Source: Chiloscyllium plagiosum
Lineage: Eukaryota
NCBI RefSeq assembly: GCF_004010195.1
Contig: NC_057718.1
Coordinates: 99,311,470-99,375,469 of the forward strand
Direction of reading: 5' to 3'
Length of the DNA stretch: 64,000 nucleotides
Positions 11,993 through 25,184 of this stretch are shown here, piece by piece. A program made the translations under genes and the position numbers. Each line of letters opens with the position of its first letter. The stretch's first letter is position 1. The notes beneath the pieces are model-generated. The model was not told the origin of the DNA. It saw only the letters and a list, made by a program, of their open reading frames with translations, and did no database searches.

Positions 11993-12588
11993 AACCAATG
12001 GTGGTGCTGGTGTCAGCAGAGAATTGTCCTTACAGTCTCTGTATGAGTGGCTGAAATTTGTCAGAAAGGTTTTGGAAGATGAAAGTCATCAGGTGAACTG
12101 TCAAAGGGCCACAACTCCCATCATTCCATTGCTGATGGCCTCCATTGTCCTTGCTTTCAAACTGAAATAACTCAGACCACTCCTGATGGCGGAAAAGCCC
12201 CTCAGTCCCACTGCAGCACTGCCACTGTCACAGAGATCACAAAGGGCCCTTTGGCCCATCCAATTTGCTCTTAGACACCATTGGCATCAGTTGAGGATCG
12301 CCGAGGCTTGACCCTATCAGGAACAGCCTAAAGGTGGGCGATAATCTCATTGGGAACTCTTCATTTGGGAGGACTAGCATTCAGCTTCCTCCCCACTCTC
12401 AAAAATGAAGCCGTTAGTCTTAAAGTTTTCAACGTTTTTTGAGGGACCTCCAGATCTAGACAGACAGAAGGGAAACCTGTCCACTAACTACCTCCATGGT
12501 TTAGATCTTATTGAAATTAGAAGCTGTTTGAGCAATTGTTTAAACCAGAACGTAGGAGCATATTACAGCAGGTGTTGGAATCTGTACT

Positions 12589-12778
12589 GAAACCAACCAA
12601 TGTTGGAGATCCCAGCGGGTCAGGCAGCATCCATGGAGAGAGAGCAAGCTAAGGTTTCAAGTCTAGATGACTCTTCATCAGAGCATGACGTGACGTCACC
12701 GAGACTGGAAACGTTAGCTTGCTCTCTCTCCATGGATGCTGCCTGACCCGCTGTGACCTCCAGCATTTGTTGTTTTCA
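12589..12778. mobile_element. F3 PLE terminal modules as a head-to-head inverted pair
   Basis: cagcgggtcaggcagcatccatggagagagagcaagctaa is mirrored by ttagcttgctctctctccatggatgctgcctgacccgctg. Confidence 0.85.
12648..12684 (-). ncRNA. Minimal type-I hammerhead motif (F3), core and stems I/II intact
   Basis: GCT-CTGATGA-A-GAGTC-ATCTA-GACTT-GAAA-CC-TT-AGC. Stem I is GCT/AGC and stem II is GAGTC/GACTT. The mirror arm shows the palindromic form GAAACGTTAGC. Confidence 0.75.
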
Positions 12779-14085
12779 ATTGTTTAAGCCACATAATCTT
12801 GTTGTTGTGCTTTCCTACATCACAGCAGTGACTATAAGTCGGAAATGATTAATTTGCTTTAAGGGTCATCCTGGGACTGTGAAAGATGCTATTTCATTCA
12901 TTCCCTTACACCCCATTCTTCTGCTGTGCCTTGCCATTGAGGACAAAACCGACCTGCTTATTATAAAGTATTCCATAGTGCCATTGATGACACAACATGT
13001 TTAATATCGAGATTGTGTTACCATCATTAAGGTATTCACCAAGATGTCAAATACATGAAAAGACATAATTACTTCATTGTAGCATGCAAAGGGCTCATTT
13101 TATTCATGCTTAATGGATGAAATGGTTATTTAAAATCAACAATTTACAAAGATTCAATTCCCTCTGCAGCAGTTACAAGTATGTTGTAACTCATGCATTA
13201 ATGTGGAACTTTGGTGCTTAGAACAGGAAACTTGCAACCTCCAACTTCAAACTTGCACTGTCCTGCTGACCTGAGACGCTATAAGCTCTTGACAGTGGCT
13301 TTTATCGTAGCATGGACCAAGTCCTTAGCACATAATTCCAGCCACATGCTAGGGATCTGAGGGGGAATTTCTTCAAAATAATTCCATGGTTTCCTTACTG
13401 ATTATTTTTCCGAACATGTACAGTACACTAAGTTTGGAATTGCATGCTTTCAGTTAAAAACACCAAACCCAGAAGCATGTCAAGTACTCTGTTAATAATT
13501 TCAGATCATGCCCTTCTATTCACTTTCCATTTATGTAATTATACAGTTGACATATGGACCACCTGCCTGTTCTGAATCACTACATCGTTTTGTAACACCC
13601 ACATGCCACTCAAAGTAATTTAAAGCACACAGGGGCTGATTGCCAATAATTTATTAAAGTTCAGAATCAAAGTAAGGTTGATACAAAAAAAAACCCTGAT
13701 GGCGTGACTTTAGTTTAGCTTTAGCTATAGAGTCAATTGAGTGTCTGATGGTTGACTAGATATCTGTGACATTAAATAGTCCTGTACAATGCCACTCCAT
13801 GAATCCCACAGTGTGATTAAACTATGCACGCATAGCAGAGAGTCATGTCATGTACTGATTAACCCTGAATGTGAGCATATAATTCACATAGGATTTACAA
13901 TGAGCAGCTTTCTAAACAGGCAGTGAGAGAGAAAAATGTGAAGATCTGGCCTGACTTTATGCAGGAGTTGGAGTAGGCCATTTGGCCCTTTGAACCAGTA
14001 CCTTCATTTGTGGTTATGGGCTGATCTGCAGTTCTATTTTGAGAAATAAATTACAATCAAGGGTCTGGAGGATAAAGCAGGAATC

Positions 14086-14410
14086 ATAGAACCCTACAGT
14101 ATGGAAGCAGGCCATTCAGCCAATAACAACCCTCTGAACAGCATCCCATCCCATTCCTGGATCCTTGCATTTCCCATGGTCAATCAAGTTAGCCAGCACA
14201 TCCCTAAATTGCACTATAGGCAACATAGCCTTGCCAATCCACCCTAACTTGCACATCTTTGGATTGTGGGAGGAAACCGGAGCACCCGGAGGAAACCCAC
14301 ACAGACACAGGGAGAATGTGCAAACTCCACACAGACAGTCGCCTGAGGCTGGAATCGAACCCGGGTCCCTGGTGCTATGAGGCAGCAGTGCTGACCACTG
14401 AGCCGTCCTG
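14086..14410 (-). mobile_element. HE1-like SINE
   Basis: Reverse complement of head (ggaatcgaacccgggtccctggtgct) and core. Confidence 0.92.
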
Positions 14411-15097
14411 TCCCCCTCTGAGTCACTATACCAGAGATTGGCATTTAACGAGCAATGCAGGCATGATGGGATGGATGGCCCCCTTCTGTCCTTCTCTGTG
14501 ATTCTCATTCCTTTAATTGGTTTTGACTCATACCATTCAACAATTGTAACTATCAATTATAGTCTTTGATTGACCCATCAGCATTCACAGGTTCTTCTTG
14601 TCTAGGGTGAGGTGAGGGGGAGAGAGGTTTCCACCACTCTCTGGGTGACAATAGTTACTGATTTCTATTCTAAATGGCTTCACTTTCCTGGTTACCTGAC
14701 AGCCACTGCTCTGGATCTTTCAGTGTCTCTCTCCCTATCCAATCTCGACAAACATTTCTGTCCGATCATTTTTCAACTGTATAAAGTCAGGGAAATGCTC
14801 ACCAATGTTCTGAATCAAACAAAGAACTGCAGAAATCTGATACAAAATCAGAAATTGCTGGAGAAAGGCAGCAGATTTGGCAACGTCTGTGGAGTGAATC
14901 CTCTGAAATCAGTCTCAATAAGTAAGCCCCTCTATCAATGGTAAATATACATTTTATATTTACCTTCCTTTCCCATGGCTCACTCTCCAGAAATGAACAC
15001 AGTTCTCCAAGTGAGTCCAGACAAAGCCATGCTCAATGAAGGCATCACTTTGTCATTTTTACATTATAAAGCCTTCAGATAAAGGCTAATAAGGATA

Positions 15098-15745
15098 ACT
15101 CAGTGGTTAGCGCTGTCTCACAGTGCCAGGGACCCACTCCCCGTGTCTGCAATGGTTTCCTCCGGATGCTCCAGTTTCCTCCCACAGTCCAAAGATGTGC
15201 AGGTTAGGGTGGATTGGCCATGCTAAGATGATTAGGGGTTTAGATAGGGTTGACCATGACAACCTTTTTCCACGTATGGAGTCAGCTATTACGAGGGGGG
15301 CATAGCTTTAAATTAAGGGGTGGTAGGTATAGGACAGATGTTAGGGGTAGATTCTTTACTCAGCGAGTCGTGAGTTCATGGAATGCCCTGCCAGTAGCAG
15401 TGGTGGACTCTCCCTCTTTATGGGCATTTAAACGGGCATTGGATAGGCATATGGAAGATAGTGGGCTAGTGTAGGTTAGGTGGGCTTGGATCGGCGCAAC
15501 ATCGAGGGTCAAAGAGCCTGTACTGCGCTGTATTCTTCTATGTTCTATGTTCTAAGTTGGCCATAGTGTCCAGGGATGTGTTGACTGGGTGGATTGGCCA
15601 TGGGAAATGTGAGGTTAGGTGGATTGGCCCATAGTGTGTGGGATAGGTGGATTAACCACGGGAATTATTGGGTAGGGGGAGTGAGTCGGGGTGGGGTGCT
15701 CTTTGGAGGGTTTGAGTGGACCTGATGGGACAAAATGGCCAGACC
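15098..15745 (+). mobile_element. HE1-like SINE interrupted by a CR1 3' end (15228-15556, TSD CTAAG, (TATGTTC)n tail)
   Basis: ggccatgctaag|atgattagggg...ctatgttctaag|ttggccatag. The insert encodes GRFFTQRVVSSWNALP. Confidence 0.88.
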
Positions 15746-16062
15746 AGAAAGGTAGTGTATCTTTAACACAGTTACATGACATGGTGACATTTGATGTTTC
15801 AGTATAAAGGTGACATTTAGTCAGGCTCACAGTGCAATGGAGTCAGTCAGTTGTATTTATGTAATGTACAGTAACATTTAAAAAAAACTGACAATATTTA
15901 AGTCTGTGGTATTATAGTAATTTAAATTGCATTGTTAATAAACCTCAAGATATCTGTCTCAACAGTCATTGTGGTATATATTACATGAGCTAACATAATG
16001 GGCAGCACTTGGACTATCATCAATCCAGCAGTGGTGTTTAACCCCTGAAGCCACATCAAGTA

Positions 16063-16378
16063 CCCCTGGGGTCAGGGAGTCCAGAACGAGAGGGCATAGG
16101 TTTAGGGTGAGAGGGGAAAAATATAAAAGAGATCTAAGGGGCAACCTTATCATACAGAGGGTGGTACGTGTATGGAATGAGCTGTCAGAGGACGTGGTGG
16201 ACAATTGCAACATTTAAGAGGCATTTGGATGGGCATATGAATAGGAAGGGTTTGGAGGGATATGGGCTGGGTGCTGGCAGGTGGGACTAGATTGGGTTGG
16301 GATATCTGGTCGGCGTGGACGGGTTGGACCGAAGGGTCTGTTTCCATGCTGTATATCTCTATGACTCTATGACTCTAA
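16063..16378 (+). mobile_element. CR1 (HER1-like) 3' end with (CTATGACT)n tail, TSD AAGTAC
   Basis: aagtac precedes and follows the element. Tail ctctatgactctatgactct. Confidence 0.9.
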
Positions 16379-17139
16379 GTACGACCGTGACTAAGTATTA
16401 AAGATGTATCAGAATGTTTCTCAAGATTGCTGGATAAACAGTCATGCTCTCTTGTGCTTGTTCCCTTACCGAACAACAGAGATTGATCAGATCAGTTAGG
16501 GTCAGTTCTCTACACGGTCAAGATCCTTAGATATTTCTCTTGATTACTCTCTGCAAGTTATGGAACAACAAAGACCTTTAAGCTGTATTCCTCCATTCTT
16601 TGTTATTTCTGCCGTTGCATCGTTATTGGATCCCTGACTGGTGGGGGCAGGGGTACCATGGCTTGCACAGAATAAAGTCATGCACCGTTGGGAACATGTC
16701 AGGAGCAACCACACACCCTCCTCCCTCTAACTCCCACGCATTATTTTAATAACCTCCTAACTTGCTTTCACCAGCCGGACTGGATGGGTTTAAAGTGCAG
16801 CACGAAGTAGCTTCCTTAACTCGATCCCTCAGAAAATGCATGTTCTCTGAGTTCAGGGGACGTGATAAGAGCTACAGCAACGGTCCTTGTTGTTTGGTTT
16901 TCATGAGCAATTGGACAAATAATGCCTCACACACTGAGAAACCAGCAAATAAAAACGCCTTTCCAAATCTGAGTGTTACACAAACAATGATATTTATCAA
17001 TGAATAATATTGGCAGAGCCTCATCCAGTTTGAATTATACACTTGCGGCCAGATATTTTTAATAACTTTAGAGCCAAACAGAGGGAACATTATGAGGGGC
17101 ATCTCTACTATTATTCTCTTCTGGGGACGGACAATGATC

Positions 17140-17475
17140 TGTGGTGGTATTATTGCTGGGCTAATAATCCAGAGACTTGGATAATGTTCTGGGGACCCAG
17201 GTTCGAATCCCACTGCGGCACATGGTGGAATTTCAGTTCAATAAATATCTGGAATTAAGAATCTAATGATGAGCATGAATTCATTGTCAATTGTCGGAAA
17301 AGCCCATCTGGGGCACGAATGCCCTTTAGGGAAGGAAACTGCCATCTTTACCTGGTCTAGCCAACACGTGACTCATGACACGCAGTAACGTGGTTAAATC
17401 TTAAGTGCCCTCTGGAATGGGTAATAAATGCTGGATTAGCCAGCAATACCCTCATCCCATGAATGCATAAATAAA
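17140..17475 (+). mobile_element. Second tRNA-derived SINE family with family-C LINE tail
   Basis: B box ggttcgaatcc. Ends taataaatgctggattagccagcaataccctcatcccatgaatg, like the family-C LINE end. Other copies near 20168(-), 24300(+), 43600(-) and 62570(+). Confidence 0.8.
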
Positions 17476-17684
17476 AGTACACCCACAACCCTTTCCGTTA
17501 GACCATAAGACAGAGGAGCAGAAATTAGGCCATTCAGCCCATTGAGTCTGCTCCACCATTCAATCATGGCTGATAAGTTTCTCAACCGCATTCTCCCAGT
17601 TTCTCCCTGTAACCCTTGATCCCTTGATAATCAGTTCCTGAGGTGCCCACAGGTCACAGAAGACTCTAAAAATGGACATGTTTC

Positions 17685-17950
17685 ATTTATGGGGCATGGT
17701 CACTGGTGAGGCCAGTGTTTATTGCTCATCCCTAAATACCCCTTTGAGAAGGTGGTGGTGAACCACTACAGTCTGTCATATGATGAAACACCCCCAAAGG
17801 ACTGTTAAGGAGGGATTTCCAGGATTCGGAGCCAGCTATAGCACAGGGACAAAGATATATTTCCAAGTCAGGTTGGTGTGTGGCTTGGAGGAGAACCAGC
17901 AGGGGGCGATGTTCCCGGGTGAAAGTGCCCTTTTGAAGGATGGGGGTGCT
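17685..17950 (-). mobile_element. Family-C LINE 3' end
   Basis: Similar to 8305-8530. Confidence 0.75.
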
Positions 17951-18040
17951 GTCAAGGTAATGCCCCATCTTTAAGACTGCCCAGCCACATGCAAAGTTAC
18001 AGAAGAGAGGGTGGCAGTTTGAGGGACTTGTGGCAGAAAT

Positions 18041-18992
18041 TCATAGAGTCAGAGAGATGTACAGCATGGAAACAGACCCTTCAGTTTAACTTGTCTGTGC
18101 CGAGCAGATATTCTAAATTAATCTCGTCCCATTTGCCAGCATTTGGCCCATATCCCTTCAAACACTTCCTATCATATCTCCATCCAGATGCCTTTTAAAT
18201 GTTGCAATTGTACCAGCCTCCACCACATCCTCTGGCAGCTCATTCCATACACACACCACCCTCTGTGTGAAAAAGTTGTCCCTTAGATCCCTTTTAAATC
18301 TTTCCCCTCGCACCTCAAACCTATGCCCTCTAGTTCTGAACTCTCCCACCCCTGGGGAAAAGACTTTGTCTATTTATCCTATCCATGCCCCTCATGATTT
18401 TATAAACCTTTATACGTCACCCCATAGCCTCTGACGCTCCAAGGAAAACAGCCCCAGCCTGTTCAGCCTCTCCCTATAGCTCAAATCCTCCAATCCTGGC
18501 AACATCCTTGTAAATCTTCTCTGAACCCTTTCAAGTTTCACGGCATCTTTCCTACAGTAGGGAGACCTAAATTGCAAGCAATGTACCAAAAGTGGCCGAA
18601 CCAATGTCCTGTATAGCCACAACATAACCTCCCAAATCCTATACTCAATACTCTGACCAATAAAGGCAAGCATACCAAACACCTTCTTCATTATCCTGTC
18701 TACCTGTGACTTCACTTTCAAGGAGCTATGTACCTGCACTCCAAGGTCTCTTGGAGTCACCTTGGCCCATTGACCCATCTGATCAAGATTCTGTTGCAAT
18801 CTGAGGTAACCGTCTTTGCTGCCTACTACACCTCCAATTGTGGTGTATTCTGCAAATTTACTAACTATACCTCCTATGTTCGCATCCAAATCGTTTATAT
18901 AAATGACGAAAAGCAGTGGACCCAGCACCAATCATTGTGGCACTCCACTGGTCATATTCCTCCAATCTGAAAAACAATCCTCCACCACCACC
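18041..18992 (-). mobile_element. CR1 (HER1-like) LINE with internal deletion
   Basis: ORF 18410-18931 has VLGPLLFVIYINDLD...KLERVQRRFTRMLPGL. Confidence 0.93.
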
Positions 18993-19429
18993 AGTGAGAT
19001 ATCTTCTTGCTTCTAGGATATAGCAGCCTTTTTACTGTGTGTTAACGGTGCCCTCCTGATGTTTTGACATGAGGAAGAGTGGCTCAAGTAGTTCCTACCA
19101 CTGGCTTCTAAGCACTGGCAGTATCTCTTTGGGTCCAGTGAAGAGAATGCATGTGTTGTCAATGGAGGCCACGGATTTACACAGTCAATGAATCAGTGTG
19201 ACAGAATGCTTGTAACCGGGGCCAACCTTACTTAGTCACACGCCTAATATTTGCTCAACCTGTCAGCCAGAGCTAATTAAGATCCTCGCGACACTCCTCA
19301 ATATGGGTTACTTCACTGTTCAGATATTCATATTTGACCTACTTTACGTTGACTGCCTTCTCCGTGTTGAATCTTCAAAGACAATTTATTTATCTTGGTG
19401 AGCTTCAGAAAGTGGTGTTGATGGTAGCC

Positions 19430-19556
19430 ATGATGTGGAGGTGGCTGAGGAAGGAGCAGCACTAGTGCTTCCAAGTAAACCTGTTGGACTATAACCTGGT
19501 ATTGTGTGATTTTTAACTTTGTCCACCCCAGTCCAACACCGGCTCCTCCACTTCAT
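19430..19556 (+). mobile_element. F2 PLE module (hammerhead internally deleted) with short inverted end
   Basis: ctgaggaaggagcagc-actagtgcttcc...ccccagtccaacacc. Upstream atgatgtggaggtg is an inverted terminus. Confidence 0.75.
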
Positions 19557-19629
19557 AAAGTGAAGCGCTGAAATGTAATCTATTATTATGATATGTAAAC
19601 CAAATAAAAATTAAATTTTGTTTGACTGT

Positions 19630-20040
19630 ACAAATACAGTGATGGAGTACAAAGCAAGGATATTATGTGAGTCCTTTATTAAACCCAGTAGGCCTGAATT
19701 GGGGTCCAGTTCTGAGCACTGCACTTTAGGGAGGATGGCAAGGGCTGGGAAAGATTACAGATGAGTTGCCAAATTTGCACACACAGAGGCTGCAGAAAGC
19801 ACGATTCCAGCAGAGAAGGTCAAGTGGAAATGTAATCAAGGTGTTCAAAGTCATAATGGGTTTGGCTGAATCAATAAAGAGAAACTGTTTCCAAGACTCT
19901 GAGATTCGGTAAACAACGGCCCTCACAATCCGTCGTAGATGCAGTGACATGCCTTTTACTAGCAGCAGGGTGTTTGTACCCGATGTGGCAATACTTATTA
20001 CATGTAACATAAGAACCAGATGTGGCTAATGTGGTACTGA
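19630..20040 (+). mobile_element. Old, diverged CR1 fragment
   Basis: gatggagtacaaagcaagga...gtccagttctg...gtgttcaaagtcat resembles the CR1 RT end. Confidence 0.55.
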
Positions 20041-20167
20041 GAGACTCAATAGACACTGATTATATGCATTACATGTCTGGGCAGGTACTGAACAGTCTGG
20101 TTAGAAACTGGAGCTCAGTGTGAGGCAAGTGGTCGCAGTAAGATGGAGACTGAGATCTTTGTTGTTT

Positions 20168-20380
20168 CTTATTCATTCATGGGGTTGTGGGCAATCCTGA
20201 GTGGGCCAGCATTTAACACCCAAGGGGGCAATTAAGGGTCAATTAATGGACGCTGACTTCCAGATTTTTTTGTTGATTTACAAATTCCATGATCTGCTGC
20301 AGCAGGATTTGAACCTGGGTCCCCAGGACATTGCCTGGATCTCTGGATTAATAGTCTCACAATGATATCATTAGGCCATA
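20168..20380 (-). mobile_element. Second SINE family copy (internally deleted)
   Basis: attcattcatgggg tail and ggatttgaacctggg B box, both as reverse complement. Confidence 0.7.
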
Positions 20381-20414
20381 ACCTTCTCTGCGTACTGTTA
20401 GGTCACATACAAGA

Positions 20415-21240
20415 CAGTGGTTAGGCCACTTTTGGAAGACTGCGTTCAGTTCTGGTCTCCCTGCTTTGAGAAGGATGTTGTGAAACTTGAAAGGGTTCAG
20501 AAAAGATTTACAAGGATGCTGCCAGGGTTGGAGGTTTTGAGTTACAGGAAAAGGCTGAATAGGCTGGGGCTGTTTTCCCTGGAGCGTTGGAGGCTGAGGG
20601 GTGACCTTATAGAGGTTTATAAAATCATGAGGGGCATGGATAGGGTAAATAGACAATGACTTTTCCCTGGGGTAAGGAATCCAAAACTAGAGGGCATAGG
20701 TTTGAGGTGAGAGGGGAAAGATTTAAAAGGGACCTAAGGGGCAACCTTTTCACACAAAGGGAGATGTGTGTATGGAATGAGCTGCCAGAGGAAGTGGTGG
20801 AGGCTAGTACAGTTACAACATTTAAAAGGCATCTGGATGGGTTTATGAATAGGAAGGGTTTAGTGAGATATGGGCCAAATGGGACTAGATTAATTTAGAT
20901 TCCCTACAGTGTGGAAATAGGCCCTTCGACCCAACAAGTCCACACCAACCCTCTGAAGAGTAATCCACCCAGACCAATTTCCCCCTTGACTAATATACCT
21001 AATACTGTGGGCAATTTAGCACAGCACAATTCACCTAATTTGCACATCTTTTGGACTGTGGGAGGAAACCGGACCACACCCACACAGACATGGGGCGAAT
21101 GTGCAAGTTCCAAACAGACAGTCGACTGAGGCTGGAATCCAACCCGGGTTTCTGGTGCTGTGAAGCAGCAGTGCTAACCACTGAGCCACCATGCTGCCTC
21201 TATTTAGCATATCTGGTCAGCATAACAAGTTGGACTATGC
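20415..21240 (+). mobile_element. CR1 3' end with an antisense HE1-like SINE (20899-21200) inserted in its 3' UTR
   Basis: ORFs VRPLLEDCVQFWSP and RGNLFTQREMCVWNELP. atttag is duplicated at 20893 and 21202. Confidence 0.9.
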
Positions 21241-23027
21241 GATGATGATTTCATGAGCATGTCCCTTAAAGGTATATTATGTACTAACTGTGTGACAATG
21301 CAACATAAATTTCAGACGATTAGCCAACGTCAACAGTAGAAGAGATGAGGAACTATTTATTTATTTATTACACAGTGACTTCTGTTAGTCTGCAGTGCAC
21401 TGACTGAAAGAGTGGTGGAAGGAGATGCAAGAATAACTCATAAATAACCATTGAAGGATAATCGTCAAACTCATTGCTGATTTTCCCACTGGATCTTTTG
21501 ATAAAGGCTGTTCTGTCTGTGGACAACAATTAGTGTGGTTAGAAAAGGTCACACAATTTGTAGAACTTTCTTTCCCCAATACATAGTAGGCCCCATGGTG
21601 GACAATTCTAATGCAATTCATTTGATAATGAATAACTTCCAAAATTAAACTCTTCTAGTATCATGAATGACAGCTCCAGTCAAACGATGGAATCAATATT
21701 CCTTCTTCCGGATTGAATTCATTCCGCAGGCATATTTATGGTTTAGAGACCATTGTGTTCCACAGATTATTTCTGGCTCTCCAATCTGTCCCTGGCTTTT
21801 AAGAAATAAGATTACATCGAGACCTTGCATGATGCCATTCTGTTTGACGCCACTCACTCTCTCGTTCCAGCCTCAAGATATAATTCCCATCTCACAAATA
21901 GATTGCAGTGCAAAGTTGGTCCTGTCATTCTCAAGATATGTTGGTGTCTAGTTTCTCCTCTGTATAATTTATAAACCCACTGCACTGCATGTGGTCTGTT
22001 GACTGGTAACCATTGGGGATAAATAAGCAGTACCAAGTTATAATTAGCTTAGAGAGAGTACAGGAAGCGAGATGGAAATTAATATAGACACTGAAGGAAT
22101 TTTGTACACATTTCACTTTCATGCACCCCTCTGCCTATTCATTCAAATGTAAACCAAATAAATTCAATGAGAAACATGTTGCATTTTGCTCTGTTTGTTG
22201 ATTTTGTACAATAGCTCTGTTAGTAAACTGTTATTTCTCTTACAGAAACATAAATTAAAGCCTGTGCCTCTCTCTGTTTTACTGTTTTCGCATGAAGGTA
22301 AATAAAATCCAAAGAAGCGAATGAAATTCACTTACTGGTGCACATTCCAGTCGAACCTCATTGCCCCACAGTGTTAAAAGCAATACCTTATGTCAGGGGA
22401 TTTGCCTTACCCTCATTTGACCAGAGTGCTCATACGATTTCAGTCAAACTGGGAAAAGGTTTGGTCACAGCAATGTTTCTTATAAAGTGATTCAGCTGTG
22501 TTTACATTTGCCTCTACTGTCTGAAAGTGGAGATTAGATGCTTCAATTTGGAAACATAGTTGAGATCCCAGGAGAGATGGGTACAGTACAATATGCAATC
22601 CTGTGCATAATTTGCAAGTGCACTGAGATTTAATGAGTTTTTCAGCCCGTTTATCCAACTTGAATGAGTAATCCCGTGCATTTCCCAGCATATCAGCATC
22701 CTGCAAATCAATGTATATTAGATTTGGGAACTTTGCTTGTAACCTACACGGTCATTCCCACTTTTGTACCCAGTCTGTTACTGGTACGTTCAGTCGCTGG
22801 CGTTTATCATGACTTCTCTCAAAGTTTAAATATTTCAATAGAACACTTAATAATGTAATATTTATTGAAGTGAAACTATTGAAGTGGTTGATACCTTAAT
22901 CATTCACATTCTTGGGAAGTTCTACATCAATTCTTCAGAGATGAGTAACAATGACAGCTGACTCATGCAATACATAAATGCTAGTACAGAAATGATGGGC
23001 TGAAAGACATACTGTGTTGTACATTTC

Positions 23028-23790
23028 AATTTGATTTGATTTCTTATTGTCATATCTACCTCAGTAAAGTGAAAAGTTTTGTTTTGCATGCAGTACCAGC
23101 AGATCATACCATACAAAGTGTATTGGGGTAATAGAACAGAGCCAGGAATACAATGTTACAGCTGCAGAGAAGGTGCATAAAGAGCGAGATCAACATTCAA
23201 ATTTGAAGTTTGAAAGGTCCATTCAGCAATCTAATGACAGCGGGGAACAAGCTGTTCTGGAACCCGTTGATACGTAAGTTTATGCTTCTGTATCTTCTGC
23301 TTGCTGCAGGAGGTTTGAAGAGATTAAAACGGGGGTGGGAGGGGTCTTTGATGATGTTGGCTGCCTTTCTGAGGTAGTGAGTAGTGTAGATGGAGTCAAT
23401 GGGTGGAAGGTTGGTTTGCGTGATGGTCTGGGGCGTGTTCATGACTCTCCGCTGTTTCTTGCGATCTTGGGAAAAGCAGTTGAGGCATCAAGCTGTGATA
23501 CATCGGATAGGATGCTTTCTGTGGTGCATCTGTAAAAATTGGTAAGAGTCTTTATGGGCTTGCTGAATTTCTTTAGCCTCCTGAGGAAGTAGAGATGTTG
23601 TTGTACTTTCTTGACCGTCACATCAATGTGGGTGGGCCAGAACAGCTTGTTGGTCACTCCTAGGAGCCTGATGCTCTCAACCATCTCCACCGCAGCTCCG
23701 TTGGGGTGTACCCTCTACCTTGCTTCCTGAAGGCAGTAAGCAGCTCCTTCATTTTGCTGGCACTGAGGGAGAGATTCTCATCTTTACACC
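23028..23790 (-). mobile_element. Rex1/Babar-type LINE 3' end
   Basis: ORFs KKVQQHLYFLRRLKKF..LTNFYRCTTESILS and KAANIIKDPSHP..RRYRS..FQNSLFPAVIRLLN. (ATTTG)n tail. Confidence 0.9.
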
Positions 23791-25184
23791 AAGCACTCTA
23801 TCCCTTTCCTGTATTCTGTCATGTATCCTGTACTTATACACGTCCTGCTGTGCAATTCGACTCCAACCTCATACTGGGATTGAAAAACGATTTCTTTATG
23901 CATCTCGTTTGAAGTGATTTCTTTTGCGTTTCTCCACTGAAGTAATATCAAAAGAATTAGAGGAAACATTTGTTGGGTTTTTTAATATCACGATTTCAAC
24001 TATTTATAGGACCAAATCTCTTCGGAATATCTAATAAAGCAATTGGACATACATTTGGAGAGGAGTAATTTTGCAGGGTTTTGGCAAAAAGCTGGAATGT
24101 GGGATACGTTGGGCAGCTCTTTCAAATGTCTGGCATGATGGGCTGAATGGTCCTCATTTGTGCCATAGAACCTCATGATTCGATCTAATGTTCTTCACAT
24201 CCACTGAGACCATTTTAATTCCCATTTATCCTCCTCGTACTCCCAGCCCAGCCATCCTGAAGGAGGTATACTCCTGACAGAACCCCATTGTGCTTTTGTG
24301 CTACAGGGAAACAATGTGCTTAAATCCCACCAAAGCAGCTGGGGTAATTTAAAGTCAATGAATAACTTTGGGATTCGGAAGCGGAAGCTAGCTTCAGTAA
24401 TGGTAATCATGAAGCTTATTTGTGTGTTGACTAATGTCCTTTAGGGAGGGGAATCTGCTCTCCTTCACCAACAATATATAAGAAAGAGAAGCCTCATGTT
24501 ATGAAAGGGCACAATACACGGTGTCTTTTGATGAGGGACAGGTATTGTGGGAAGGTCTTCAGAAAAGTGTCACACTTACCACTCTGGACTCTTTCCACCG
24601 CTTTTATAGTTTGTGACTCCTGACCCACAGCAATGTGGTTGACTCTAACTGCCCTCTGAACTGACTGAGCAAGTCATTCATCTCAAGGGGCAAATAGGAA
24701 TGGGCAGCGAAGTCGGCGATGCTCACGTCACGAAAGAATCAATGCAATGGCAAAACATTGAATTGAAAACAATTGAAGGTGCAACAAAATGCAACTTGCC
24801 TCCATACATTTCATTACATGTTTAGGTGCCTCAATATAATTGCAGTAGTCATCATTTTTTGCAACATACATTGTGTGCCAGACACACATTCCAAGGTGAA
24901 AACCTCAGCTGCAATGTTCAGGCTGCTTCTGATCCTCCTTACTCTCTCAAATTTCCTCCTGCCTCAAGATGGGTAAACATCACAACTCTAGTCATTGATC
25001 CAAGATCCCTTTTCCAATAAGTCAAAGTAAACGTTTGCACATTTCTGTAGCTAAATTGTACTGTTTGATCTACATGAACTTTGAGTTTAATGTCAACCGT
25101 TCTGCATTTTGCAGTGTTAGATCTGGAACGTGTTCATAATCAAGCCCCACCAATGCCCCAGTCACATCATTACTGTCAATAAAA

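Noticed and set aside
16469..16550. Minus-strand exon candidate with good splice signals
   Set aside because: Stop codons in all three frames and no other support.
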